The position numbers and the translations under genes are program-made. From the NCBI RefSeq assembly GCF_032337115.1, contig NZ_JAVXZY010000003.1, forward strand, positions 211,959 to 275,958: a stretch of 64,000 nucleotides of DNA. Direction: 5' to 3'. Below the pieces are notes generated by a model. That model saw nothing but the letters and a program-made list of their open reading frames with translations. It made no database searches and was not told where the DNA came from. The stretch comes from Roseateles aquae. GTDB taxonomy: Bacteria > Pseudomonadota > Gammaproteobacteria > Burkholderiales > Burkholderiaceae_C. Positions 47,642-56,483 of this stretch are shown here, in pieces (the first letter of the stretch is position 1; each line of letters starts with the position of its first letter).

Positions 47642-49410
47642 GCTTGTTCCCCGGTCTGCAACCGCCACAGCGCCGCGTAAGCGCCGCCACGGGCCAGCAG
47701 ATCCTCATGGCGGCCGCTCTCGATGATGCGGCCGCGTTCCAGGAGGTGGATGCAGTCGGCCTGGCGCACGGTCGAAAGCCGGTGGGCAATGATCAGCGTC
47801 GTGCGGCCCTGGCTGACGACCGCCAGTGAGCGCTGGATCGCGGCTTCGGTTTCGTTGTCGACCGCGCTGGTCGCCTCGTCGAGGATCAGCAGCGGCGGGT
47901 TCTTCAGGATGGCGCGGGCCAGGGCCAGGCGCTGGCGCTGGCCGCCACTGAGCTTCTGGCCGCGCTCGCCGACGCGGGTGGCAAAACCCAGCGGCAAGCG
48001 CTCGATGAACTCCAGGCTTTCCGAGAGGCGCGCCGCCTCGAGGATCTGCGCCTCGCTGGCACCGTCGACGCCATAGGCGATGTTCTCGGCAATGGTGCCG
48101 TCGGTCAGGAAGCTGTCCTGCGCGACATAGCCGATGCAGCGGCGCAGATCCTGCAGATTCAGCTCGGCAATGGCAATGCCGTCGAACAGGATGCGGCCCT
48201 GCTGCGGCTCGTAAAACCGCAAGAGCAGCTTGACCAGCGTGGACTTGCCCGAGCCGGTGCTGCCGACGAAGGCCACCGTCTGGCCGGGGGCGATGCTGAG
48301 GGTCAGGTCTTGCAGCGTCGGCGTTTCGGCATAGGCAAAGTTCACGCCCTCAAACTGCAAGGCGGCGCGGGCCTGCTCGGGGCGCAGATGCTGGCCCTCG
48401 TAGGCAATGCCGATCGGCGTTTCCAGCAGGCCCAGTGCCCGCTGGGTCGAGGCCATCGAGCGCTGGTACATATCGGCGACCTCGGCCAGCCGCGTCATCG
48501 GCCAGAGCAGGCGCTGGGTCAGGAAGACCAGCACCGAATAGGCGCCCACCTCCAGGCCGCCATGCAGGGTCAGCCAGCCGCCATAGACCAGCGTTGCGGT
48601 GAAGCCGGCCAGGATGGCCATGCGAATCACCGGCGTGATCGCCGAGCTGAAGCGGATCGCCCGGGCGTTGGCGCTGCGATAGCGGTCGCTGGCCTCGCGG
48701 ATGTGTTCGGCCTCCAGCGCCTCGGTGGCAAAAGCCTTGATCGTGGCCAGGCCGAGCAGGTTGTTGTTCAGCCGGGCGCTGACATCACCAGCCGCCTCGC
48801 GCACCTCGGCATAGCGTGGCGCCAGCCGCTTCTGGAACCAGAAGGCGCCGAACAGGATCAGCGGAATCGGCAGCAGCGCGATCAGCGCAATGCCCGGCTG
48901 CAGCGCAAAGAACACCGCGCTGATCATCACCGAGGAGCACAGCACCTGGATGATCTGGGTGGCGCCGCCGTTGAGGAAGCGCTCCATCTGGTTGATGTCG
49001 TCATTGAGCACCGACATCAGCGCGCCGGTGCGCTGGTTCTCAAAGAAGGACAGCGAGAGCTTTTGCACATGCTGGTAGCTGTCCAGCCGCAGATCGTGCT
49101 GGATGTCCTGCGCCAGGCCGCGCCATTTCAGCTCCAGCAGGTATTCGAAGAAGGACTCGCCGCACCAGACCAGCACGTTCAAGCTGCCCAACACCAGCAG
49201 CTGCTGCCAGGTGTCGCTGATGCCAAAGCCGAGCAGCACCTTGCGCGCCAGAAAGCTTTGGTCGCCACGGACGACGACGTCGACCGCCGCGCCGATCAGC
49301 ACCTCGGGCAGGATGTCGAAGAACTTGTTGAGGACGGTGTACAGCGTGGCCAGGCGGATCTGGGCACGGTAGGCGCTGGCATAGGCCAGCAGCATTTTCA
49401 ATGGATGCAT
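47638..49410 (-). CDS. ABC transporter ATP-binding/permease fusion (MsbA-like type I exporter)
   Basis: Six-TM N-terminal domain plus NBD with Walker A (GSTGSGKST), signature LSGGQRQRLALARA and Walker B (ILDEATSAVD). Confidence 0.85.
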   Translation of the reverse strand: MHPLKMLLAYASAYRAQIRLATLYTVLNKFFDILPEVLIGAAVDVVVRGDQSFLARKVLLGFGISDTWQQLLVLGSLNVLVWCGESFFEYLLELKWRGLAQDIQHDLRLDSYQHVQKLSLSFFENQRTGALMSVLNDDINQMERFLNGGATQIIQVLCSSVMISAVFFALQPGIALIALLPIPLILFGAFWFQKRLAPRYAEVREAAGDVSARLNNNLLGLATIKAFATEALEAEHIREASDRYRSANARAIRFSSAITPVIRMAILAGFTATLVYGGWLTLHGGLEVGAYSVLVFLTQRLLWPMTRLAEVADMYQRSMASTQRALGLLETPIGIAYEGQHLRPEQARAALQFEGVNFAYAETPTLQDLTLSIAPGQTVAFVGSTGSGKSTLVKLLLRFYEPQQGRILFDGIAIAELNLQDLRRCIGYVAQDSFLTDGTIAENIAYGVDGASEAQILEAARLSESLEFIERLPLGFATRVGERGQKLSGGQRQRLALARAILKNPPLLILDEATSAVDNETEAAIQRSLAVVSQGRTTLIIAHRLSTVRQADCIHLLERGRIIESGRHEDLLARGGAYAALWRLQTGEQA

Positions 49411-49508
49411 GGCGGCCGCGCGGCCCGTCTGGCCGCGCTTGAATCAGAGCTGGGAACGGCCGCCAGTATCGGTGCAGTCCTGCTTTGATCAGCCTTGATC
49501 AACTTTGA

Positions 49509-50087
49509 TCAACCCAGGGGCCGCACACCGATCAGCAGTGCATGGGCCCAGAAGGCGAACAGCGCCCAGAGCGCCGCGCCGATCAGCACGGTGAGCAGCG
49601 TGGCGCCGATGCGGGGCGTGATGGCGGCGGGCGGATTCAGACGGTCACGCTGGCGTGCCGAGCGGAAGCACAGCACCGACCAGATCAGAAAGCCGCCGAA
49701 CAGCAGCAGCTCGGGCAGGGTGTTGTTGGCGAGCAGATGCGCCAGCGCCCAGACCTTGACGCCCAGCAGCATCGGATGCCCCAGCCGCGCCTTCAGATGG
49801 TTGTGGGGCACATAGGCGGCCACCAGCAGCACCAAGCTCAGCAGCATCAGCAGGGCGGCCAGGTGGTTCATACCGCGCGGCGTGGCCCAGAGCACCAGCG
49901 CGTCCTGGCGGGCCTGACCGAAACCCCAGATGATCAGGGCAAAGCCCAGCAGCGATATCGCCGTGTAGCCCAGCTTCCAGGCGTTTTCGCCGATGGCGGC
50001 GCGGCGCGCGCTGCGCCAGTCTTCGGCAATGATGCGCGTCGAGTGCACGCCAAGGAAGAGGATCAGGCCAAGAATCAAGGCAGTCAT
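49509..50087 (-). CDS. NnrU-family integral membrane protein
   Basis: About 190 aa with 5 TM and NnrU-like conserved His/Trp-rich helices. The start was trimmed to MTALILG. Confidence 0.55.
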   Translation of the reverse strand: MTALILGLILFLGVHSTRIIAEDWRSARRAAIGENAWKLGYTAISLLGFALIIWGFGQARQDALVLWATPRGMNHLAALLMLLSLVLLVAAYVPHNHLKARLGHPMLLGVKVWALAHLLANNTLPELLLFGGFLIWSVLCFRSARQRDRLNPPAAITPRIGATLLTVLIGAALWALFAFWAHALLIGVRPLG

Positions 50088-50279
50088 GCGGGGCTTTCTG
50101 CGTCGTTGCGCCACCTGGCAGGGGGCTGTACCGGGGTTGGAGATTCAGGCCGCTTTGTACGCGATTGCTGGCTTGGCTGCAGCGGTGTGTGCGGAAACAC
50201 AGCGTTTGCGTTTTTGCGGGCAGTCCTTGAATGCTGTATTCTGTAAATATATTTAACCGATTGATCTCGGAGGCAAGAC

Positions 50280-51512
50280 ATGACCCTGGGTGTGGGCGGC
50301 AAGACCGCGGCGGCCGCTTTGGCTTCTCTCGACAACATGATGGCCGGTGTGCAGCCGATTGGCCTGGCCGAGTACCAGGCCCGCATCGCACGCGCCCAGG
50401 CGCTGATGCGTGAGCAGGGCTGGGCCGCGATCTATGTCCATGCCGGCACCAATCTGCGTTATTTCACCGGCACCGTCTGGCATCCGAGCGAACGGCTGGT
50501 CGGTGCGCTGATCCCGGCCGAAGGGGCGCCGCAGTACCTGGCGCCGGCCTTCGAGGAGGGCACGCTGCGCGAGTACATGGTCGTGCCCGGCGCCTTGCAT
50601 TTGTGGCAGGAGCACGAGAGCCCTTATGCCTTGCTGCTGCGCGTGCTGCGCGAGATGGGGGTGGTCGAAACCGCGCCGGTCGGGCTCAGCGAAGACTGCC
50701 CGTTCTTCGTCGTCGACGGCCTGCGCGAGCAGTCGGAGCGCCAAGCCTGGCGCAATGCCAAGCCGGTGACGGCCGGCTGCCGGATGCGCAAGAGCGCCGC
50801 CGAGCTGGCGCTGATGCAGCGCGCCCATGACATGACGCTGGCCGTGCACCGCGCCACCGCCAGCATGCTGCACGAGGGCATCAAGACGACCGAGGTCGAG
50901 GCCTTCATCGCTGAGGCCCATCGCAAGGTCGGCGCCAGCGGCTCCTACTTCTGCATCGTGCTGTTCGGTGGCGCCACGGCCTTTCCGCATGGCGTCAAGG
51001 AGGCGCAGCAGCTGCGCGACGGCGATATGGTGCTGATCGACACCGGCTGCCTGGTGCAGGGCTATATGTCCGACATCACGCGCAGCTATGTGTTCGGCAC
51101 GCCCACGGCGCGGCAGCGCGAGATCTGGAATCTGGAGAAGGCGGCGCAGGCGGCGGCTTTTCAAGCGGCGCAGCTGGGCGTGCCCTGCTGCGAGGTCGAT
51201 CGCGCGGCGCGCCGCGTGCTGCGCGCCGGCGGCTTGCTGCCGGGCGCGGACAGTCCGAGCTATGCCTTGCCGGGCCTGCCGCACCGCACCGGCCACGGCT
51301 GCGGCCTGGACATCCACGAATGGCCCTATCTGGTCGACAACGACAGCACGCCGCTGGCCGAGGGCATGTGCTTCAGCAACGAGCCGATGATCGTCTGCCC
51401 GGGCGAATTCGGCGTCCGCCATGAAGACCATGTCTTCATGAGCGCCAGCGGCCCGCGCTGGTTCACGCAGCCCTCGCCCTCGATCGACGATCCCTTCGGC
51501 CTGGGGGCTTGA
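50280..51512 (+). CDS. M24-family Xaa-Pro peptidase (creatinase N-domain + pita-bread domain)
   Basis: Metal ligands in DTGCLVQGYMSDITRS and HRTGHGCGLDIHEWP, plus E in CFSNEPMI. Confidence 0.8.
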   Translation: MTLGVGGKTAAAALASLDNMMAGVQPIGLAEYQARIARAQALMREQGWAAIYVHAGTNLRYFTGTVWHPSERLVGALIPAEGAPQYLAPAFEEGTLREYMVVPGALHLWQEHESPYALLLRVLREMGVVETAPVGLSEDCPFFVVDGLREQSERQAWRNAKPVTAGCRMRKSAAELALMQRAHDMTLAVHRATASMLHEGIKTTEVEAFIAEAHRKVGASGSYFCIVLFGGATAFPHGVKEAQQLRDGDMVLIDTGCLVQGYMSDITRSYVFGTPTARQREIWNLEKAAQAAAFQAAQLGVPCCEVDRAARRVLRAGGLLPGADSPSYALPGLPHRTGHGCGLDIHEWPYLVDNDSTPLAEGMCFSNEPMIVCPGEFGVRHEDHVFMSASGPRWFTQPSPSIDDPFGLGA

Positions 51513-51518
51513 GCTGCT

Positions 51519-51713
51519 TCAGGCCAGGCGCTGAACTGAAGCGTCAGCACTGGCCTGGCTGACGTCGCCTTCGACCAGGCTGAGCAGCGAGAAGCCGCCG
51601 GCCAGCGTCAGTGCGGCAATCAACCAGCCCAGACCCTGCCAGGCCAGATGGCGCAGGGTGTCGCTCAGCGGCTCGGGCCGGGCGGGGCTGGCAGTGGCAA
51701 TCGACTTGTGCAT
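51519..51713 (-). CDS. Small hypothetical membrane protein (64 aa)
   Basis: Strong RBS (AAGGAG, 7 nt spacing) and one TM (LGWLIAALTLAGGFSLLSL). Confidence 0.35.
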   Translation of the reverse strand: MHKSIATASPARPEPLSDTLRHLAWQGLGWLIAALTLAGGFSLLSLVEGDVSQASADASVQRLA

Positions 51714-51744
51714 CGTGAACTCCTTGATGCAGTCAACAAGAAAG

Positions 51745-51882
51745 TCAGAGCGGCGCCAGGGCCCGCTCCAGGCTCCACAACAGGGCTGGATAGGCCAGGC
51801 CCCAAACGGCGGCGATCAGAACCAGGGCCTTCATCGCCAGCATCAGCTGCTGGCCGCGCTGGGCAAGGGGAAGTCGCTTCAT
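51745..51882 (-). CDS. Small hypothetical membrane protein (45 aa)
   Basis: RBS GAGGAG followed by ATG. One TM (LMLAMKALVLIAAVWGLAYPALLW). The track ORF was trimmed to the RBS-preceded Met. Confidence 0.35.
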   Translation of the reverse strand: MKRLPLAQRGQQLMLAMKALVLIAAVWGLAYPALLWSLERALAPL

Positions 51883-52076
51883 GGTGGTGCACTCCTCAAC
51901 AGGTAGGCATACAACGAGCAAGTGCCGTGCCAGGACGACAGCGGCCGAAAAACAAAACATTCGTCCTGGGCGCTGAATGAGGCGGCAGGCGCCGACAGGG
52001 CGGGCATCTCTGGGTTCAAGTCATGCCTTGGTGCTGCGGGCACCAGGCTGGGGCGCCGCCACATGGGCTGTGATGC

Positions 52077-52577
52077 TCAGGCGCTGCGATCCACCCGCAG
52101 CGCCAGCACCACCGAGGTGGTGGTCTTGATCACGCCCTCGATCTCGCCGATCTCATCGAGCAGCGCATCGAGCCGCATTGTTGTGTCGGCGCGCAGCAGG
52201 GCCATGTAGTCGAACTCGCCGCTGACCGAGGCGAGCTGGCGCAGCTCCGGCAACCGGCTCAGCTGGCGGATCACCTCGCGCTGCGCCTTGGGCTGCACGC
52301 TGATGCCGACAAAGGCCTGCACGCCGCGGTCGCTGGCCTCGGAGCCGAGCTTGGTTGTGTAGCCAACGATCACCCCTTCGCTTTCCAGCCGCGCCAGCCG
52401 GGCGACAACGGTGGTGCGCGCCACGCCCAGCTTGCGTGCCAGATTGGCGGTGCTTTCGCGCGCATTGGCCTGCAGCAGCGCGATCAGCTCGCGGTCGGTC
52501 TGGTCCTTGGCCGTGGCCGGTGCGGTGACGCTGGGCTGCACCGCCCGGGCGGCAACGGTCTTGCGCGTGCTGCTCAT
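52077..52577 (-). CDS. Lrp/AsnC-family transcriptional regulator
   Basis: HTH_AsnC (DRELIALLQANARESTANLARKLGVARTTVVARLARLE) plus a RAM domain. It is divergent from the lysine-catabolic genes. Confidence 0.8.
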   Translation of the reverse strand: MSSTRKTVAARAVQPSVTAPATAKDQTDRELIALLQANARESTANLARKLGVARTTVVARLARLESEGVIVGYTTKLGSEASDRGVQAFVGISVQPKAQREVIRQLSRLPELRQLASVSGEFDYMALLRADTTMRLDALLDEIGEIEGVIKTTTSVVLALRVDRSA

Positions 52578-52718
52578 GGATAACCCTTGTTTTTGCCGAT
52601 CTGGCGAAAGTGAATGACGAATCGTCAATTTCACCAGAAGTTTCGACGAACTTGCGCTTTTTTTCGTCAGCAGCTCTGCCTAGACTGCGTCCCATCAACC
52701 CGTATTGAGGAGCATCAA

Positions 52719-53810
52719 ATGAAGATCGCATTGTTGGGCGCTGGCCATATCGGTGAAACCATTGCACGTCTGCTGCATGGCTCGGGCCACTACGACGTGA
52801 CCGTGTTCGACAAGAACGCCGCGGCGCTGGCCGTGCTGTCGGGCGAGGGCATCAAGACCCAGGTCGTCAGCGAAATCGGTGCTGGCGCTGCCGCCCAGGT
52901 GCGTGGCTTCAATGCGATCGTCAATGCGCTGCCCTACCAGCTGGCCATCCCCGCTGCCCATATGGCGCTGGAAGCCGGCTGCCACTACTTCGACCTGACC
53001 GAGGACGTGGCCGCCACCAAGGAAATCATGCGCATCGCCGAAGGCGCCAAGACCGCCTTCATGCCGCAGTGCGGCCTGGCTCCTGGTTTCATCGGCATCG
53101 TCGCCGCTCACCTGGCCAAGAGCTTTGACAGCCTGCACGACGTGAAGATGCGCGTCGGCGCGCTGCCGGCCTTCCCGACCAATGCACTGAAGTACAACCT
53201 GACCTGGTCGGTCGATGGCCTGATCAACGAGTACTGCCATCCCTGCGAGTGCATCCACGACGGCGAGAAGATCGACGCGCTGCCGTTGGAAGGCCTGGAG
53301 CACTTCTCGCTCGACGGCACCGAGTACGAAGCCTTCAACACCTCGGGTGGCCTGGGCACGCTGTGCGAAACGCTGTCCGGCAAGGTGCGCAACCTCGACT
53401 ACAAGACGGTGCGCTACCCCGGCCACCGCGACCTGATGCAATTCCTGCTCGGCGATCTGGCACTGAAGAACGACCAGGAGCTGCTGAAGGACATCATGCG
53501 CAAGAGCATGCCGGCCACCATGCAGGACGTGGTGCTGGTGTTCGTGACCGTCTCCGGCATGAAGAACGGCCGCCTGGTGCAGGAAGTGTTCGCCCGCAAG
53601 ATCTTCGCCGAGCGCGATGGCGCCCGCCCGCTGTCGGCCATCCAGATCACCACCGCCGCCGGCATGTGCGCCGCGGTCGACCTGTTCCGCCAGGGCAAGC
53701 TGCCGCAGTCCGGCTTCATCTCGCAGGAAGAGGTCTCGCTGCCCGAATTCCTGGCCAATGAGTTCGGCAAGGCCTATCAGCAATCGCGCCAGGTCGAGTC
53801 CATCGGTTGA
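52719..53810 (+). CDS. Saccharopine dehydrogenase-family NAD(P) oxidoreductase (probable L-lysine 6-dehydrogenase/LysDH-like)
   Basis: Rossmann motif MKIALLGAGHIGETIA and the Sacchrp_dh C-terminal domain. It sits directly upstream of the P6C dehydrogenase. Confidence 0.65.
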   Translation: MKIALLGAGHIGETIARLLHGSGHYDVTVFDKNAAALAVLSGEGIKTQVVSEIGAGAAAQVRGFNAIVNALPYQLAIPAAHMALEAGCHYFDLTEDVAATKEIMRIAEGAKTAFMPQCGLAPGFIGIVAAHLAKSFDSLHDVKMRVGALPAFPTNALKYNLTWSVDGLINEYCHPCECIHDGEKIDALPLEGLEHFSLDGTEYEAFNTSGGLGTLCETLSGKVRNLDYKTVRYPGHRDLMQFLLGDLALKNDQELLKDIMRKSMPATMQDVVLVFVTVSGMKNGRLVQEVFARKIFAERDGARPLSAIQITTAAGMCAAVDLFRQGKLPQSGFISQEEVSLPEFLANEFGKAYQQSRQVESIG

Positions 53811-53825
53811 GCGGAGAATCCCGGG

Positions 53826-55331
53826 ATGACTACGCAAACCACTGATCTCCTGAACGCCCTGGGCGTTCCTTCCTCCGCTTACACCGGCGGCACGCTGAAG
53901 GTGCGCTCGCCCATCGATGGCGCGACCATCGGCGTCGTGCATGAGGCTTCGGCCGAGGACATGCGCGCCGCCGTCGAGCGCGGCCACGCCGCCTTCCTGC
54001 AATGGCGCAATGTGCCCGCTCCCAAGCGTGGCGAGCTGGTGCGCCTGTTCGGCGAAGAGCTGCGCAAGCACAAGGCCGATCTGGCCCGCCTGGTCTCGCT
54101 GGAAGCCGGCAAGGTGAGCAGCGAAGGCGAGGGCGAGGTCCAGGAGATGATCGACATCTGCGACTTCGCCGTCGGTCTCTCGCGCCAGCTGCATGGCCTG
54201 ACCATCGCCAGCGAGCGCCCCGGCCACCGCATGATGGAGCAGTACCTGCCGCTGGGCGTGGTCGGCATCATCTCGGCCTTCAACTTCCCCGTGGCCGTGT
54301 GGGCCTGGAACTCGGCGCTGGCCCTGGTCTGCGGCGATACCTGCATCTGGAAACCTTCCGAAAAGACGCCGCTGACGGCGCTCGCGACCCAGGCGCTGTT
54401 CGAGCGCGCGGTCGCCCGGTACGAGGGTGCGCCTGCCCATCTGTCGCAGCTGCTCAACGGCGACGCGGCGGTGGGCGAGGCGATGGTGGACCACCCCAAG
54501 GTGGCCCTGGTCTCGGCCACCGGTTCGACGCGCATGGGCCGTGCCGTCGGTCCGCGCGTGGCGGCCCGCTTCGGCCGTTGCCTGCTGGAACTGGGTGGCA
54601 ACAACGCCATCATCGTGACCCCCAGCGCCGACATGGACCTGGCCGTGCGCGGCATCCTGTTCGGCGCCTATGGCACGGCCGGCCAGCGCTGCACGACGAC
54701 GCGTCGCGTCATCGCTCACGAGAGCATCCATGACGAACTGGTGGCCCGTCTGGACAAGGCCCGCGCCCAGCTGAAGATCGGAAATCCGATGGAAGCCGGC
54801 AACCTGATCGGCCCGCTGATCGACAAGGGTTCCTTCGACGCGATGCAGGCCGCACTGGCCGCCGCGCGCGAGCAGGGTGGCCAGGTCAGCGGCGGTGAGC
54901 GCGCGCTGGCCGAGCAGCATCCGGACGCCTTCTACGCCGTGCCGGCGCTGGTGCGGATGCCGGCGCAGACCGAGATCGTCAAGCACGAGACCTTCGCGCC
55001 CATCCTGTACACGCTGAAGTACAAGACGCTGGACGAAGCGATCGCGCTGCAGAACGAGGTGCCGCAAGGCCTCTCGTCGGCGATCTTCACCAACGACATC
55101 CGTGAAGCCGAAACCTTTGTTTCGGCCAGCGGGTCGGACTGCGGCATCGCCAACGTCAATATCGGCACCTCCGGTGCCGAGATCGGTGGCGCTTTCGGTG
55201 GCGAGAAGGAAACCGGCGGCGGCCGCGAATCCGGCTCCGACGCCTGGAAGGCCTATATGCGCCGCACGACCAACACGGTCAACTACTCGCGCGAACTGCC
55301 CTTGGCTCAAGGTGTGAAGTTCGACATCTGA
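53826..55331 (+). CDS. amaB: L-piperideine-6-carboxylate (alpha-aminoadipic semialdehyde) dehydrogenase, ALDH7 family
   Basis: ALDH7-type signature (GLTIASERPGHRMMEQY, ELGGNNAIIV, RCTTTRRV) with the catalytic Cys, 501 aa. Confidence 0.75.
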   Translation: MTTQTTDLLNALGVPSSAYTGGTLKVRSPIDGATIGVVHEASAEDMRAAVERGHAAFLQWRNVPAPKRGELVRLFGEELRKHKADLARLVSLEAGKVSSEGEGEVQEMIDICDFAVGLSRQLHGLTIASERPGHRMMEQYLPLGVVGIISAFNFPVAVWAWNSALALVCGDTCIWKPSEKTPLTALATQALFERAVARYEGAPAHLSQLLNGDAAVGEAMVDHPKVALVSATGSTRMGRAVGPRVAARFGRCLLELGGNNAIIVTPSADMDLAVRGILFGAYGTAGQRCTTTRRVIAHESIHDELVARLDKARAQLKIGNPMEAGNLIGPLIDKGSFDAMQAALAAAREQGGQVSGGERALAEQHPDAFYAVPALVRMPAQTEIVKHETFAPILYTLKYKTLDEAIALQNEVPQGLSSAIFTNDIREAETFVSASGSDCGIANVNIGTSGAEIGGAFGGEKETGGGRESGSDAWKAYMRRTTNTVNYSRELPLAQGVKFDI

Positions 55332-55349
55332 GCGCGACCCGGCGTCGGA

Positions 55350-55430
55350 ACACGCCACAGAGACACAGAGACACGGAGATCCAGGGCTGAGGCTCTGCAT
55401 TCCTCTGTGTCTCCGTGGCTCTGTGGGTGC
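55350..55430 (+). repeat. CACAGAGACACGGAG hairpin repeat, copy D (amaB-hglS gap)
   Basis: Arms CCACAGAGACACAGAGACACGGAG ... CCTCTGTGTCTCCGTGGCTCTGTGG. Confidence 0.8.
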
Positions 55431-55457
55431 CTTCTTTGAATTTCTAGACTGACCCCC

Positions 55458-56477
55458 ATGCTGGATTCCGGACTCTTTCGTCTGCTGAGCTGCGCCATTG
55501 GCGAGAGCGCGGCCATTGAAACTTTTGCGCAACTGCAGGTGGCGCCGGCCTTGCTGAATCCGGTGACGGCCCAGGTCTCGCGTGCCGAGATCGCGCAGGC
55601 GCTGAACATGGCGCTGTTCCGCGACGTGACGCTGCGCGTGCCGGCCGCCGCCGCCTATGTGGCGGACCAGCAGCGTGCCGGCCAGAAGCTGTGCTTTGAC
55701 CATGGCGCGCTGCGCACCGTGGCCTGGCCCAGTGGCGCGCTGCCGGCGGGCGAAGCGGCCATCACCCGCGTGCTGCGGCCGCTGGGCTTTCGCTTCGCGG
55801 CGCCCTATCCGCTGCCCAAGCTGAAGATGACCGGCCGGGCCTGGTGCCATGAAGATTTCCCGGAAGAGATTGCACAGTTCTTCGTCTCCGAGCTGCATCC
55901 TGAGCAGTTCTCCAGCAGCTTCCAGGCCGCGGTGACCCGCGTGTTGTCGAGCTCGCGCGATCCGCTGCAACCGGGCGATATGGCACTGTTGGAGCAGCTG
56001 GCGCGCGACAAGAGCCTGCCCTGGGCCGGCGCGCTGGCGCTGCTGCCGCATCTGATCGCCTGCTTCGATCGACAGCATGGCCTGTTCTCGCTGGAGGACT
56101 ACCAGACCCTGCTGACCGAGTCGGCCGAGATGGCCTGGATCGCGACCGAGGGCAATGCCTTCAACCACGCGACCGATCGCGTCGAGGACCTCGAATCGCT
56201 GGCTGCCATGCAACGTGCGCTGGGCCGCCCGATCAAGGAACGCATCGAGGTCTCGGCCACCGGCCAGGTGCGCCAGACCGCCTTCCGCGCGGTCCAGGTG
56301 CAGCGTCAGTTCCTGCACGAGGGTCAGGTCTTGACCATGGAAGTGCCGGGTTCCTTCTACGAATTCATCCAGCGTGAACGCGACGGCGAGCGCCTGGACC
56401 TGCGCTTTGACGCCGCCAATGCCACCGGTATCTTCAAGATGACCACGCAGGCCAAGGCCCAGGCCGAAGCCTGCTGA
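55458..56477 (+). CDS. hglS: DUF1338-family 2-oxoadipate dioxygenase/decarboxylase (HglS/YdcJ-like)
   Basis: DUF1338 architecture and conserved His/Asp metal ligands (DHGALRT...HATDRVEDL). It is followed by an FAD oxidase, as in the characterised ydcJ-ydiJ pair. Confidence 0.65.
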   Translation: MLDSGLFRLLSCAIGESAAIETFAQLQVAPALLNPVTAQVSRAEIAQALNMALFRDVTLRVPAAAAYVADQQRAGQKLCFDHGALRTVAWPSGALPAGEAAITRVLRPLGFRFAAPYPLPKLKMTGRAWCHEDFPEEIAQFFVSELHPEQFSSSFQAAVTRVLSSSRDPLQPGDMALLEQLARDKSLPWAGALALLPHLIACFDRQHGLFSLEDYQTLLTESAEMAWIATEGNAFNHATDRVEDLESLAAMQRALGRPIKERIEVSATGQVRQTAFRAVQVQRQFLHEGQVLTMEVPGSFYEFIQRERDGERLDLRFDAANATGIFKMTTQAKAQAEAC

Positions 56478-56483
56478 AGCACG

